Source: Octopus vulgaris
Lineage: Eukaryota
Direction: 5' to 3'
DNA: 64,000 nt
NCBI GenBank assembly: GCA_951406725.2
Contig: OX597814.1
Location: forward strand, 67,394,001 to 67,458,000
Position numbers and translations under genes: made by a program. This document shows, piece after piece, positions 1 to 13,829 of the stretch (within the stretch, counting starts at the first letter, position 1; the number at the start of each line of letters is the position of its first letter). The notes beneath the pieces are model-generated. The model saw nothing but the letters and a program-made list of their open reading frames with translations, made no database searches and had not been told where the DNA came from.

Positions 1-11
1 ATGAAATCGGG

Positions 12-1115
12 TTATATTTTATACAGGTTTCTAGTTTTATCTGATTGTACTATAATTCCTTCCATATTACGCATTTCTTTAATTCTAATAGCTTGATTTG
101 TTAGATATTCATTATGTCTATTTGAGTATTTATGAAATTTAATATTTTTCACCACCTTAGAAATATTATCCTCTAAAACCTGTATATCCCTATTATACAG
201 GGGTTCATTTCTAGGTTTAAATTTAGAATTGATATAATTACTATTCTCTACATCGTTAACATTAGATATGTTACAATTATTGTAGTAGGTTTTGCATTTA
301 ATCCTATTAATAAAATCTTTGATATTATTAAATTTCAAAATATTTTTTTTCAATATGGTATAGTAATATCCTTCAAAGATGAATCGCAAAATAGCGGTTC
401 TATCTTACCTGTAAGTTCCATAACTAACGAAATTGAGAGTTAAATACACTCGATAAACGTTAGTTATAAATATAAATATAATAATAATAATAATAGTAGA
501 GAATATAATTGCAAAAATTACGGGGGAAAATTCAAATTAACAATTTTAAATCAAATTTCACAGTATATAATATATGTATATAATTTAGAGAAAAATCTCT
601 ATCAAACAATTCAATAATGAAAGATGTTATTCACACCATATAGAAAACATATACTAAAAAAACTTATTCTAAAACTCAATAAAGTACAATAAATAGTAAA
701 TAGATAGTAATAAAAAAATCAATTCGATTTAAAATCAAATCGATCTAAAATTAATTCTATTAAAAATATAGTCACTCATCAGGTCTAAAATAAATAATTA
801 AAAAATGATAATAGAATAAATGTACTTATCTTAACTTATACTAATTATCAAATAAATATATAAAAATGCGTCATCCTCTTTATAAAGTTCTACGTATTAC
901 GTTTAAATTTTTAGTTAACAAAAATCCTTCGATAAGATAAGTTATGCTTTTCTTTTAAGAAATATTGTTAAATGCTTTTCGATTATTTATAGTTAATACA
1001 CGTATTTTTATATATTTATTTGATAATTAGTATAAGTTAAGATAAGTACATTTATTCTATTATTATTTTAAAAATTTATTTTAGACCTGATGAGTGACTT
1101 TTTAAATCGAATTGA

Positions 1116-1166
<51 letters not shown>

Positions 1167-1240
1167 CATCATATATTTGAAAATATAGCCATGAAACGCG
1201 TGTAGTCTTTTTACTACTATTTACTATTTATTGTATTTTA
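12..1240 (-). mobile_element. Penelope-like element remnant (ORF fragment 12-389 plus inverted terminal region)
   Basis: ORF fragment (FINRIKCKTYYN...IIVQSDKTRNLYKI) resembles the pre-RT region of Penelope-like ORFs; inverted repeat ~715-870 vs ~1001-1118; hammerhead motif in the terminal region. Confidence 0.5.
1083..1208 (+). ncRNA. Type I hammerhead ribozyme-like motif with long, (TTA)n-interrupted stem II
   Basis: AGAC-CTGATGA-GTGACT...AGCCAT-GAAA-CGCGTG-TA-GTCT; stem I AGAC/GTCT; identical copy at ~54994-55119. Confidence 0.55.
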
Positions 1241-1534
1241 TTCATCCGGGACAATAAAAATCTGCAAGATCTACTCAAGATTTCGTAGATGATGAGCAAA
1301 ACTAGATGCTTTTCTTCACAACTTTGCAATCAAAGTAGGTGGCCGGTCAAAACTGAAGCGAAGTAAACAAAAGAAAAAGAAAGTATGCCTAAATATATAC
1401 AATCATACACACATATCTATTAATATACTTATCTATACATAACGATTTCTGTGTATGTGCGTGTTTTAGTTTGTTAGATGAATTCATTCGTTTATCCCCA
1501 TTATTTTAATCTATAACTTTCATTAATACTTTTA

Positions 1535-2135
1535 ACAAATCGGTCAATAATATAATTCTCCTTCATTGTTAAGGACTTCTTACCAACGTTCCACAAACTT
1601 GTCAATGTTTGACAGTAGAAATCACCGGGTTTTGACTGTAAGAATTCATCGAGCTTATTTTTCAGCTCCACGTTTTGTGGAACGAAAAGGTTGAATAGCT
1701 GAAGATGTTATATCAGGACAATTCGGATGGTGCGAAAGAATTTCCCAACCGAGCTCTTGAATAGCATTTTTGGTGAAATAAATGGCATGGGGGAAAGTGC
1801 TGTCATTGTTGAAGAAGTGCGCCATCTCACTGGTCTGCTCGCTTCAGCTGGATTGCCTCGTTGAGCCGATGCACTGATAGTGTAGTTGTTTTCAAGTATT
1901 TCGTTGAGGATTCACCCTTTCTATTCCAACCAAATGTAGATTATTGCCTTGCTTGGATACAGCTCTGGCTTGGCTCGAATTGTTGCTGGATATCGGGACT
2001 TAGCCACTCCTTTCTCTGCTTCATATTGACATAAAACACCATACTTTTTTGCCGGTAATGATGCAGTGAAGAAATAATTGTTTGTGTCCACAACTTGCCT
2101 GGTGTCAAACGAGGAAATTGGCGTCGATAAACGAA
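1535..2135 (-). mobile_element. Degenerate mariner transposase remnant
   Basis: Frameshifted peptides YVNMKQRKEWLSP and RAKPELYPSKAIIYIW match the mariner catalytic-domain start. Confidence 0.7.
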
Positions 2136-2569
2136 CGAAATCCGTTGAAATTGGTATATATATATGGGCAACATACACACACACATACACGAACGTACGT
2201 ACACCTATTGCATACATGTTTTTTGTTCGTATACATGTTCGTGTGTGTATGTGTGTGTGTTGCCCGTATATCAATAAAACACTTTTTTCCACGATGGAAA
2301 AAACAACAAAAGTCTTAACAAAAATTTACTCGTTGCAAACAATGGTGATTTCTTCGACTTGAATATTGTTAAAAGTTTTGGTAGAAATTTTATTTTTACT
2401 GCTATTCGCTGGTGCCTCTGAGAAAAATAAGTTGACGAAAATACAGCTAGGGTCATAACGAATGTCCTCCTAAAATTGGAGCGGCATGCGTGCTAATTTG
2501 CGGACGTGCATAAATTACATTCACTTAATCCGCTTGTCTGTCCTTGTTTCTCCCCTCTGTGTTTAGCCC

Positions 2570-2757
2570 CTTGTGGGTAGTAAAGAAATAGGTATTTCGT
2601 CTGCCGCTACGTTCTGAGTTCAAACACCGCCGAGGTCGACTTTGCCATTCATTCTTTCGGGATCGATAAATTAAGTACCAGTTGCGTACTGGGGTCGATA
2701 TAATCGACTGGTCCCCTCCCCCAAAATTTCGGCCCTTTTGGCTCGAGTAGAAAAGAA
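2570..2757 (+). mobile_element. SINE fragment (same family as 29021-29230, 35826-36030, 52193-52320)
   Basis: ttctgagttcaaa...cgccgaggtcgactttgcc...taagtaccagttg recurs in reverse complement at three other sites in the window. Confidence 0.7.
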
Positions 2758-2803
2758 TATCAAATACTTTAGTTAATAATTATCTTCCTTTCTATTTCTC
2801 CAG

Positions 2804-2878
2804 TACTCACGAATACGATGTCAAAGGAGTTAGAGTCCCAGGCTGAGGATACAGATAACTATAAGACGGGAATACCAG
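2804..2878 (+). CDS. Micro-exon of acidic-repeat array (75 nt, phase 1-1): xLTNTMSKELESQAEDTDNYKTGIP
   Basis: Acceptor cttcctttctatttctccag, donor G|gtatgg; paralogous to exons at 35117, 36466, 36720. Confidence 0.75.
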
Positions 2879-3189
2879 GTATGGATACATCCCATCCGCA
2901 CACAAATACACTCCATACACCACACACACACAGCCAAGTATACACATTCACACATGTAAATGCGCATTTGAATATGAATGCCTTTCTACGGTTGTACTGT
3001 TTTCTTAAAACCGCTCGACTTTGGAACTGTCTTCCATCTCAGTGTTTCCTTATCTCTGTGACCCGAACTGTTTCAAGTTTTAACTAAATTGCTTCCTTTC
3101 ATCGCTAATTTCACCATGTTCACACTCCCTTACACTAAGTGTACATTTGGGACATTCTGATTAAAAAAAAAAGTGTGTGCATCTATAAT

Positions 3190-3555
3190 CTATATACTTA
3201 TGGATAATATCACATTTTTGTGAAGACATCACACATATGATCAGCAGCTGCCCAAAACTGTTATCGAGCTATTACCTCCTGGTGCGACAAGACGTTGTCT
3301 CTAAAACAATGTACAATCGAACACGTACATTCCCATCAAAACGTCTATCAAGTTTAGACATAACAGGCTGGATATTGTTTTTCGATCAGAAAAGAAAATG
3401 TATGTACCACCATAGAGGTTCGCTGCCTTGCTCATGGGAATATCTCTTGGAAAGTCAAAGAAAACTTTTTCAGTTTCCATGAGTAAATGCGTGAGTGACA
3501 ATTTGTAAAATCAAGGGTTTTCAGAAAAAAGAAATCAGCCTAACTCGCATATGGG
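3190..3555 (+). mobile_element. R4/Dong-type (RLE) LINE 3' fragment
   Basis: EDITHMISSCPKLLSSYYLLVRQD matches the CCHC/RHD region, also seen at 42660-42740. Confidence 0.6.
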
Positions 3556-4277
3556 AAATCCGTTGAAATTGGTATATATATATGGTCAACATACACACAC
3601 ACATACACGAACGTACTCCTTATCTCTGTGACCCGAACTGTTTCAAGTTTTAACTAAATTGCTTCCTTTCAGAAAACTATGCATTACATTTCTCAAGTTC
3701 AAAATGTGAATTTGCTTTTGTTATATGTATTCCAACAATGGTGTTTTGGATCTTTGTAAGATAGCAGATTCTTCATGTCATATATAAACATATATGCATC
3801 TCTTATTATAAAAGGCAGATTTTATCTGCCTCCCTTTGTCACTTATAGAAATCTACAATATAGGATTTCTTCAATTACAATTTACCTAGCATTTTTAAGA
3901 GTAGAATGCATCGGGTCATGCCAGGTCCAGTTTTTAAAATTTAAACTCCAATTAAGCAAAATTTACAGAAAAGTCACATTCTGGTGTGTATGTCAAATGC
4001 TTTTCTTAGTCTGGTTTACAGCACACGCAAACGCACACACACAGTGTACAACGAATAAAGTGAAACTAGATGTAATATTTGTTTCTGTCTATCACGCTGA
4101 TAGATACATGAGTAAAATGTATGGCAAGCTAAGAGATAAGAGTGAGTGAAATTGTTCTTGGAAGAGAGTAAATAGCGACAGAGTGATTTGAGGAAGACTA
4201 AACTGAAAGTATGAAACAGTGTTTATGTATAAACAGACGACACTTATATATAGTTATTAATAAATGTATGCATCCGT

Positions 4278-4590
4278 TTAACCCTTTCGTTACCAAACCG
4301 CCCGAATTTACCTATTCATATTTAAATGAGAATATCAGAGTAAATCTCTTTAGTACATTCGTGAAAACACGTATAACAGGCTTCAAATACAGTTTTGTAC
4401 AAAAATCGAAGTGTAATTTTAATTCCGTGAATTATGGGAGATTTTTTTCCGAAATTTGTTCCTATTGTGTTTTCAAAATTTGTAATTCTGACAAAAAATG
4501 GATACGAATTTCATTATATCAAGCAGCGAGTTAGAATTCGAAGGATTTTCTACTGAAGACCTTCATAAATCTAACTCTATGACTGAAAAA
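4278..4590 (+). mobile_element. piggyBac-like element left end
   Basis: TTAA|CCCTTTCGTTACC terminus followed by acidic SSSELEFEGFSTED peptide typical of piggyBac N-termini. Confidence 0.5.
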
Positions 4591-4598
4591 AAACCCCA

Positions 4599-4995
4599 TC
4601 TTTATATAAGAGTGAAGTTGTGTGTCTGTCTCCTACGATTTAGATTCGTAACTACTCCCACATTTTGCGGTGCAGTTTAACCAAAAGCGGGTATCTTATA
4701 GTCGTGATTCATATCGAGCCCTTCTGGGTATTAGCGCGCGTCTACGATGAGTCTACGATTTAAAAAAAATTTACCATCATATTTTTCCATTTTAATGCAT
4801 TTTTTCCGCTTTTATATAAGGGAAGTAACTCTCTAAAAATATCTACGATGTGTCAACGATTTAAAAAAAAAATTTACCTTAATTTTTTTTCAATTTTTAA
4901 TGCATTTTTTTGCTATTTTTTGGCTATAACTCTCTAAAAATGCTTATATAGTTATTTCCCTTACAAACCCGAGCAACGCCGGGCGATACTGCTAG
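4599..4995 (+). mobile_element. Non-autonomous Helitron-like element
   Basis: A|TC 5' start, subterminal hairpin cccgagcaacgccggg, CTAG|T 3' end, no TSD. Confidence 0.65.
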
Positions 4996-5025
4996 TGTGT
5001 ATATATATGTGCGTGCGTATGTGTG

Positions 5026-5065
<40 letters not shown>

Positions 5066-5223
5066 AATAATAAATCTCTGAACGAGATATAAACAGTAAC
5101 TGCTCGACAACGTAAGGGGGATCAGCCATCTGAATGTGGCTAGGGACAGGGCGGGGTGGTATTACTGATGCTTTTAGCCCCAGGCGATCATCAACGTCAC
5201 CAGAAGGGCTGACACCACCTCTG

Positions 5224-5586
5224 AGATATTGTGAGAGGATGGGAGAGGAGAGCTATCAGGATAAAAGGAATAGGGGAGGGATAGAAGGAAGAGATAAGAA
5301 TTTAAGGAAGGAATATGTGTGAGAAGTGAGAGGTGGAGTGATATGTTTGAAAGGCACTAAGGTGGGGAGATATGTAAAGAAAATGGTACGGGGTGTACCA
5401 AAGCGAGAAGTAAACCTATAAATGGGAGAGAAGGATATAATGGTCAAGTTTCTAAAAATAGACGTGGGTATTTATTGTACTAGTTATGTGTATATGCATT
5501 ATTGTATAGGCCCGCATACTTATATACCTATACCCATACGCGTATCTGCGTATATATATATACACTCTCATACACACATATCTACA

Positions 5587-5625
<39 letters not shown>

Positions 5626-5856
5626 GTAAGGGAGATCAGCCATCTGAATGTGGCTAGGGACAGGGCGGGGTGGTGGGGGTGTTACTGATGCTTTTAGCCC
5701 CAGGCGATCATCAACGTCACCAGAAGGGCTGACACCCTGAGATGGTGTCAGCCCTTCTGGTGACGTTGATGATCGCCTGGGGCTAAAAGCATCAGTAACA
5801 CCCCCACCACCCCGCCCTGTCCCTAGCCACATTCAGATGGCTGATCTCCCTTACGT

Positions 5857-5890
<34 letters not shown>

Positions 5891-6339
5891 GATATGTGTG
5901 TATGAGAGTGTATATATATATACGCAGATACGCGTATGGGTATACGTATATAAGTATGCGGGCCTATACAATAATGCATATACACATATATATGTATATG
6001 TGTGCGCGCGCGTGTATATTTATATACACATCTTTCTTTCTCTCTCTCTCTCTGATTCATTCGCCTCCACTATCACTAACTAGTACAATAAATACCCACG
6101 TCTATTTTTAGAAACTTGACCATTATATCCTTCTCTCCCATTTATAGGTTTACTTCTCGCTTTGGTACACCCCGTACCATTTTCTTTACATATCTCCCCA
6201 CCTTAGTGCCTTTCAAACATATCACTCCACCTCTCACTTCTCACACATATTCCTTCCTTAAATTCTTATCTCTTCCTTCTATCCCTCCCCTATTCCTTTT
6301 ATCCTGATAGCTCTCCTCTCCCATCCTCTCACAATATCT
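5224..6339. repeat. ~1.1-kb near-perfect palindrome centred at ~5740
   Basis: 5224-5737 is the reverse complement of 5744-6339 apart from a ~90-bp extra segment at ~5990-6077; identical ORFs on opposite strands (5256..5447 and 6116..6307). Confidence 0.9.
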
Positions 6340-6379
6340 TGACCACCATCTAGCACTCCTTTAAAAAAATTTTTCTTCC

Positions 6380-6410
<31 letters not shown>

Positions 6411-6923
6411 CTCTTCTTTCCTCCCCTATCCTTTTGACAAGTACCATTCTCCTCGTAACATACATATCTATTCTCTTCTGTTTATCTACTTAACCCTACC
6501 AGTACATTCTCAAAATGTCATTCACACCACAAGACCCTTTTGAATGAACAACACAAGTAATTCATATCTCCATACTATCTACTTGTAATAACAAAATATG
6601 AACTCCTATCGGAATCGACATAGCATGGACAAGAAGCATTTATACCCATCCTACACAGCGCTTTTCTTGGATGATGGAACTTCAACTGTAACATCCTACA
6701 TATATTTTTACTCTTATTATTATTCTCTTATTTTCCTTTATACTTCCTGTAGCCATCCATTTCCAAAATAGCTCCTTATATAACTCTACTATTTCCCTCT
6801 AGTTAAGTATCTTATATAATTTCTGATGAAGGGATGTCCCTAATATCAGCTGTAAAACTACCTTTCTCTTTGTAAATGTCCTATAAATTCCACACAGCCT
6901 TGGTTTTGTTCTCATTTTATTTG

Positions 6924-6975
<52 letters not shown>

Positions 6976-7257
6976 GTATTATATATTCTGTTAAGAATAG
7001 AATAGTAGAGTACAGTATGAAGCTCGTACATTTTCAGATTTCAATATGTGCCAATCAGTAGTAATAAAGCTCGTCTACCTTCAGATTTCACCCTGTGTTA
7101 GTCAATATATATATATATGTGCGCGCGCGTGTGTGTGTGTGTGCATGTGTGTGTGTGTGTGCATGTGTGCGTGCGTGCGTGTGCGTGTGCTTGTGCGCGT
7201 GTGCGTGCGTGTGTATCTATGTGTCTGTGTGTGCTTATATATGCATATGTATGTGTG

Positions 7258-7310
<53 letters not shown>

Positions 7311-8199
7311 AGTAAGGTTACCATAGGTTTCATGTTAAAAATATATCTTAGTTTTTCAAGCCGATCCCATGGAGAAATTGGTGTTCGTCTCCATTTTGGA
7401 TTAAAATATGAAAAAACACAGGAAATCACGATTAAGTCTCACGAGAGATTTTGGTAAACAAAAACAAGGAATGAAGGAAAATAAATCTTGGGTAACAATT
7501 TTTGGGTGATTATTTCCATCGGGTTTAAGTTTAGGAAAAAAATTGTGCTGAATCATGTTTCTTTGTTATGTGATATCCTGCTATGGGTAATATTATTATG
7601 TTTGTGTACTAGGGGAGTGTACTGAGGGAGCTCAGCATATGTCTTCTACGTGCATGGTTCATATGATGTATATATTAAATATTCACGTTCAGAGGAAAAA
7701 CCTATCCTGGTAGGATTGCCGTGTGGGTTCCTCTTTGAAATGTCGGAGTTTAAAATATTGCCTATGTATGCAGCGAGAGAAGGTTTCATCCCAAATATTT
7801 AAGATGTTACCTTTTGATTGGATGGTGTTTAGCTTTTCAGTAATGGAAAGCTCACATTTGGTACCCCGTCCCATTTATTTTCTGGCTTTAGCATTAACGC
7901 TACCTGTTATTTGGGACTTGCTTACTCTACCTTCTTTCAATGTCCATATCATGTTGGATAAGGATGTCGCGTCTTTTATTTTTGTCCCTAAAGGACGCCG
8001 ATTGCTGTGTGTATCTTTCCTTGGATGAGCTGCCCCTCATTCCGATGTCTTTGTAACTCCGTTGGAAGCCATGATTTTCTTGATAGCTGTTATTTAGAAG
8101 GCAGCAGTACGGAGATCTAAATTAGCAGTGTCTTTCAGGTGTATTTTTGGTGGAATTATCTTTATTGTGGTTGAGTATTATCGACCCTATATTAGGGAG

Positions 8200-8720
8200 G
8201 CAACTATAAATAACTGTGAAAATTGAATGGTTAAAGAAAATAGAAGATAAGCCCAAATGTAAATTTATCCAATTTGACACAGTGGAGTTTTAACCCTCCA
8301 TCTCTAAAACTTTGCTTCAAAAGGCACTTGAAATTAGTAAAGCATATGTTACCATAACAAACATTGATATGGGTATTATTATGAACGCAAATCCTTACAT
8401 ATTCACGATAATTCCTATTGGGTTAAAAACAATGGGAATAAGCTATTTGATGTTGCAATGACGGTGTAGAGTTAGCTGATATTGTAGACCTCTGTAGATA
8501 GAAATAAAAAAAAAACCAACATAAGATTATATAGGGACAATGTCCTGGGAAGGGTATACAATAAAAACGGACATGATATGAATAGGATACGAAAAAAATT
8601 GTGCAAGATATTTAGCCGATTTGATCTAAAAACCATAATAGGTAAATACCTTAAAGAAGTCAATTTTCTAGATAATAACATGAACTTTAGCATAAACACA
8701 AAGCAATGACTGAAACCAGT
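8200..8720 (+). mobile_element. Degenerate Penelope-like RT fragment
   Basis: Broken frames reading LFDVAM..ADIVDL..RLYRDNVLG (YRDD-like RT motif). Confidence 0.5.
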
Positions 8721-9480
8721 ACAAAATAAAAGAAAAATACATACGTTAAGACCGTCAATGAAACATACATACATGCATACACACATGATATACATGTCTA
8801 CATAGATATATGAATAAAATAAATAGATAGATATATATTCATTTATTTACACAATATCACCGGTTTTGATGATGAATCTCATCTTATCAAATATTAGTAA
8901 AAATTTATAAAAATTTGAAGTAAAAACAGTTTATATTCTGTTCGGGGGCCAAAAACATGTCTGGAGTTTTTTTTCGTTGAAGTCTTTAAATAAAGATTGG
9001 TATAGACTTGAAAGCGTTAGAGAGAAAGAAAGTGGGTATAGTTGGCTATTGTTTTGTAGTTATCTATTGCCTATTGTACTTGGTCAGAAATAAATCTGCA
9101 TTACTTGAATTTTCCTAACCTCAAAGGTCTTATTGTTTCACTGATATGGTACATTGTCACAATCTTTCCAGAAAAATCTTGCGTTAAGACCGTCAATGAA
9201 ACATTTACTCACATATCCGTGAGCTCTAATAATTATCTGTAAAAATGTGAATTTTCATGTAGGCTAAAAAAGCTGTTGGTTCTGAAGTAATTACATGTAA
9301 ATATTCACACTTTCACTGGTTTTGGAAAAGATATTCACATCCATAGAATATCGGTGCATAATAAGTATTCGTAATTTTTGCATTGTCCCAATTATTTCCT
9401 GAGAATAGTTTAAATATGCAATAATTGAATAATAATAAAGGTTTAAATAATATTTGCAAAATTTGAACGGTATTTTATAG

Positions 9481-9534
9481 AAGTGCTGATATCTGAAAAC
9501 GAGATGGCACAGAATTTAGAAGAGGATGCTCCAG
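9481..9534 (+). CDS. Micro-exon of acidic-repeat array (54 nt, phase 1-1): EVLISENEMAQNLEEDAP
   Basis: Acceptor tattttatag, donor G|gtataa; homology extends to 9460 (EFERYFI), where the ancestral acceptor reads caa; shared upstream intron block at ~9170-9330. Confidence 0.6.
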
Positions 9535-9563
9535 GTATAAAATCTACCTACCTACCTACCTAC

Positions 9564-9678
<115 letters not shown>

Positions 9679-9679
9679 C

Positions 9680-10385
9680 TCGTGTGGGACGAGTCGGTTT
9701 ATCAGCAAAGTCTATCGTCAATATTGTCACGCCTCCTTCCTTCAAACGGGAAGGAAGAGCTATTTTCATCATCCTTGTGGCTATGACGAAAGAATGTATC
9801 TGGTGGACGCGTCTGAAAGGATTGGAGACAAACACTTTCCTCTCTGGTCAATCTCTCATCGACTTCTTCAAGTATCACTTGAAAAGGAAAGTGAGAGTAG
9901 AGAGGCAAGTTTTGTCTAGCGAATGTTTTAAAAAAAAGATGGCTGAATGTAGCAAGGATGGTACGTATGAATGACGAAGCCACCTTGAGCATAATCCTAT
10001 GAACCCGGAAATTTAAAACAGAGGGTAACCTACTTGCAAACAAATGTGGTAACTTGTAACAATGTTGACCGAGTTTATCGTGGTCTTTTCCGTAGACTTT
10101 TCTTCCCACGGATAAAATTTATCTGCTTCCCCTTTAAACCTTATATCATGACACTGTGATACACGATCCCTATTGATAGCTTTTTTGTTTCTTTTCCTTT
10201 TTTGTTTCTTTTCCTTTTTTGTTTCTTTTTCTTTTTTTCTTTCTTTTTTTCTGCTTACCCTTTTACGATCCCTTTTGATCGAAAACCTACCCTACCTTTA
10301 TATATTTTTTTTCTCCCCCAAAAAGAAAAGCTCTACTTTGTAATCTGTCCCGTCTGTGTGCAGCCCTGTGTGGCTAATAAAGAAA
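9680..10385 (+). mobile_element. Tx1/L1-like LINE 3' fragment flanked by (TCTA)n
   Basis: RVGRVGLSAKSIVNIVTPPSFKREGRAIF...WWTRLKGL, homologous to ORF 23062..23916; T-rich 3' UTR ending AATAAAAGAA. Confidence 0.75.
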
Positions 10386-10413
10386 CATATCTATCTATCT
10401 ATTTGTCTATATG

Positions 10414-10480
<67 letters not shown>

Positions 10481-10564
10481 GTTTGTCTGTCTGTCTGTCT
10501 GTCCGTCTGTCTGGCCATCTTTCTCTTTAACTATATCCTTCTATACATACACATACATACATAT

Positions 10565-10595
<31 letters not shown>

Positions 10596-10681
10596 CATGC
10601 ATACATACATACATACATACATACATACATACATACATACATACATACATACATGCATACATACGTACGTACGTACATTAT

Positions 10682-11447
10682 GGCTGCCCCCTCGTTATCG
10701 AGTATGGCCATTGCACGAAGCTTAATTGTTACTGGTGCTGTGATCGAATGTGACTTTTTAGCCCAGCTAAAGATCTACAATGTCTTGTACAAAATTGGCA
10801 ACTAAAACATTTACTGGTAATAGCCGGCTGTAGTTGTAACTGGGCTTCATTTACCTTTGCATGTCGTTTAAGTCCTCCTGCTGAATTACACTCTCTTCCA
10901 CATGCCCGACAGATATGATTAGTATGGTGTGTTACGCCACCGCCAGTGGCCAGGTTGTCACTCATCTGTCTCGTTTTATGACTACGAAGATGACTCATGA
11001 GTCCAGCTTTACTGAGGCAGGGTCTTGCACAGACATTGCATGTCAGAATCAAAGGAAGACCCTTCCCTTCTGGAAGTGTAACAGCGATGCCCTTCCTGAC
11101 ATCCCTCCTTACTTTCTCATGTGCAACTCGAGATTTCTCAAACGTGGCTGTACCCTCATGCACAATCCTTCTCCACCTGCTACGATCAATAGCTATGCCT
11201 TCCCATGTGTCAGGAGAGATGCAAGCATCTCTCAAGGAAGCCTTCAGCAAGTCCTTATACCTCTTTTTTGGTTTATGTGGAGGTCGTTCTCATTTAGCTA
11301 ACTCTCCATAAAAGAGTTGTTTTGGCATCCTTGAATCCTTCATTCTGAGAAGATGACCACCCCATCTGAGCCTTTGCTTTAACACAAGAGCTTCTATACT
11401 TTCACACCGAGAGCCTTCAAGTATTTCAAGATCACTGATGCGGTCCT
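10682..11447 (-). mobile_element. RTE-type LINE 3' end with three C2H2-like zinc-finger motifs
   Basis: WEGIAIDRSRWR RTE C-terminal motif, then CNVC..H..SH, CRAC..H and CQFC..HIRSQH motifs. Confidence 0.75.
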
Positions 11448-11502
11448 ACATACATACATACATACATACATACATACATACATACATGCATACATACATA
11501 CA

Positions 11503-11535
<33 letters not shown>

Positions 11536-11799
11536 GTATACATACATATATGTATACATACATATATGCATACATAGATACGTACATAGATACATATATA
11601 TGTAGATGTACGTCTGCATATATGTATGTGTATATATATTTATACATACAAGCAGACGTACACCTACATATGTATGTATGTATGTATCTATGTATACATA
11701 TATGTATGTATGTATGCATTTATTTATGTATAGAACCATATAGTTAAAGAGATAGATGGCCAAACAGACATATATATTATAAATATTCTTTTATTCCTA

Positions 11800-12352
<553 letters not shown>

Positions 12353-12356
12353 TGTA

Positions 12357-12420
<64 letters not shown>

Positions 12421-12838
12421 CATACGTACATATATATGTGTGTGTGTGTGTGTGTGTGTATGTGTGTGTGTGCGTGTGTGTATGTGTGTATGTGTGTGTG
12501 TGTGTGTGCCTATATAAGTTAGAGGTTAAACAAACATCTAAGGGATAATAAATATCCAATATACTGCCGGATCTATACCTACGTATTTATATCCAAATGC
12601 TTACAGATGCAGGGCGGTAGCGCAATATAAATTACCCAGAATTTATAAGGCAAATAAGAAAATGGAGAGAATAATCAATCGACAAACATCAGTCTGTAAG
12701 CATTCACTTGGATCTATTTATTGATTAATTACAATCATATGCATAAGTAATCAAAATAAATAAACAAATAAACAAGTAAATAAATAAATGAATAAAAATA
12801 AATAAATGAATAAGAATAAATGATTGAAAAATACTAAA

Positions 12839-12981
12839 CGCTTACATCTGTTTCTCCTTTGGGGTGTCCAACTCGCCAAGGTTTTCACATCATACCAGTA
12901 ATATACAGGGATTGTACAAAGGTTGTACAAACATTGGACAGGGGCTGGACAATAATTGAGCCCCAAAGCTTCATCGGAGAG
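12839..12981 (-). ncRNA. Hammerhead-like motif (CCGAUGA core, long stem II) in Penelope-type terminal repeat
   Basis: Minus strand: CCGATGA-AGCTTTGGGG...CCCCAAAGGA-GAAA-CAGATG-TA-AG. Confidence 0.5.
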
Positions 12982-13664
12982 ACCATAATGTTAGGAATCT
13001 AACATGTGAAGAAGTAAGATAAATAATAAAATAAAATAAAAAATAATAAGAATGGTAAAAAAAGTCAATTCCAACGTAATATCCATAAGTTATTGGATTA
13101 CATCTGATGGTAAAGAAAGTCACTTCCAGAAGTAATTTCCATAGGTTATGAGAGTTACATCCTATTTAAATTCACTGGGGTAAATATCAATGGTAAGACG
13201 CTGTGGAGTGAGTTAAATGAGATGGTCCGTATCACAGGCGTCAAAAGTTGAAGGCTAACGGCTATGTAATAGAGTATCATGAAAATTCACAAAGTTAACT
13301 TGATGTGAACTTGTTTGGAGAAATCAATACATAACTATATCAATGAAGGAATAATTTGAGTAAAACGTGAGTGTGATGTTATTATTAACAAAAATCTCAT
13401 CCTAATACCCCTATGCAGAGTAGGGTGAGATCTAAGTTAACCCTATAACTTAATTGGTCCACTAATATTTGAAAACAATGGTGCTTTAAATCTATCAATA
13501 TAATACAAAACAGATAAAAAAATTGGTCCTGTGGGGGTGGGGGTTTGTGATATATGTAGTGGTGTCATATAGTGGCGGATCTACTATAAAACTAATGAAG
13601 CTTAAGCTACATTTAAGTACGTTTCGTGTTTTGAAATTGCATTTCATTTATTTCTTTTCTACAG

Positions 13665-13742
13665 AAAATGAGCAGATGATAAAAGAAAATAATGCATTTC
13701 GTGAATCAAGGTTCACTCAAAAACAAGAATTAGACATTCCGG
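13665..13742 (+). CDS. Micro-exon of array, 'DIP' subtype (78 nt, phase 1-1): ENEQMIKENNAFRESRFTQKQELDIP
   Basis: Acceptor ttcatttatttcttttctacag, donor G|gtaata; exon and downstream intron homologous to 30003-30130. Confidence 0.7.
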
Positions 13743-13794
13743 GTAATAATTTCCAAACTTTATGTCTCCAACATCCATAATCCCTAGAATTTCC

Positions 13795-13827
<33 letters not shown>

Positions 13828-13829
13828 TA

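Noticed and set aside
4498-4590. SSELEFEGFSTED as another acidic array exon
   Set aside because: No matching donor or flanks; it lies inside a TTAA-CCC piggyBac-like end
6820-6860. Hammerhead at CTGATGAAGGGATGTCCCT
   Set aside because: The GAAA half of the core is missing, so at most a dead relic; likewise 16620-16670 lacks CUGANGA and ~50110-50178 has CUGAUAA
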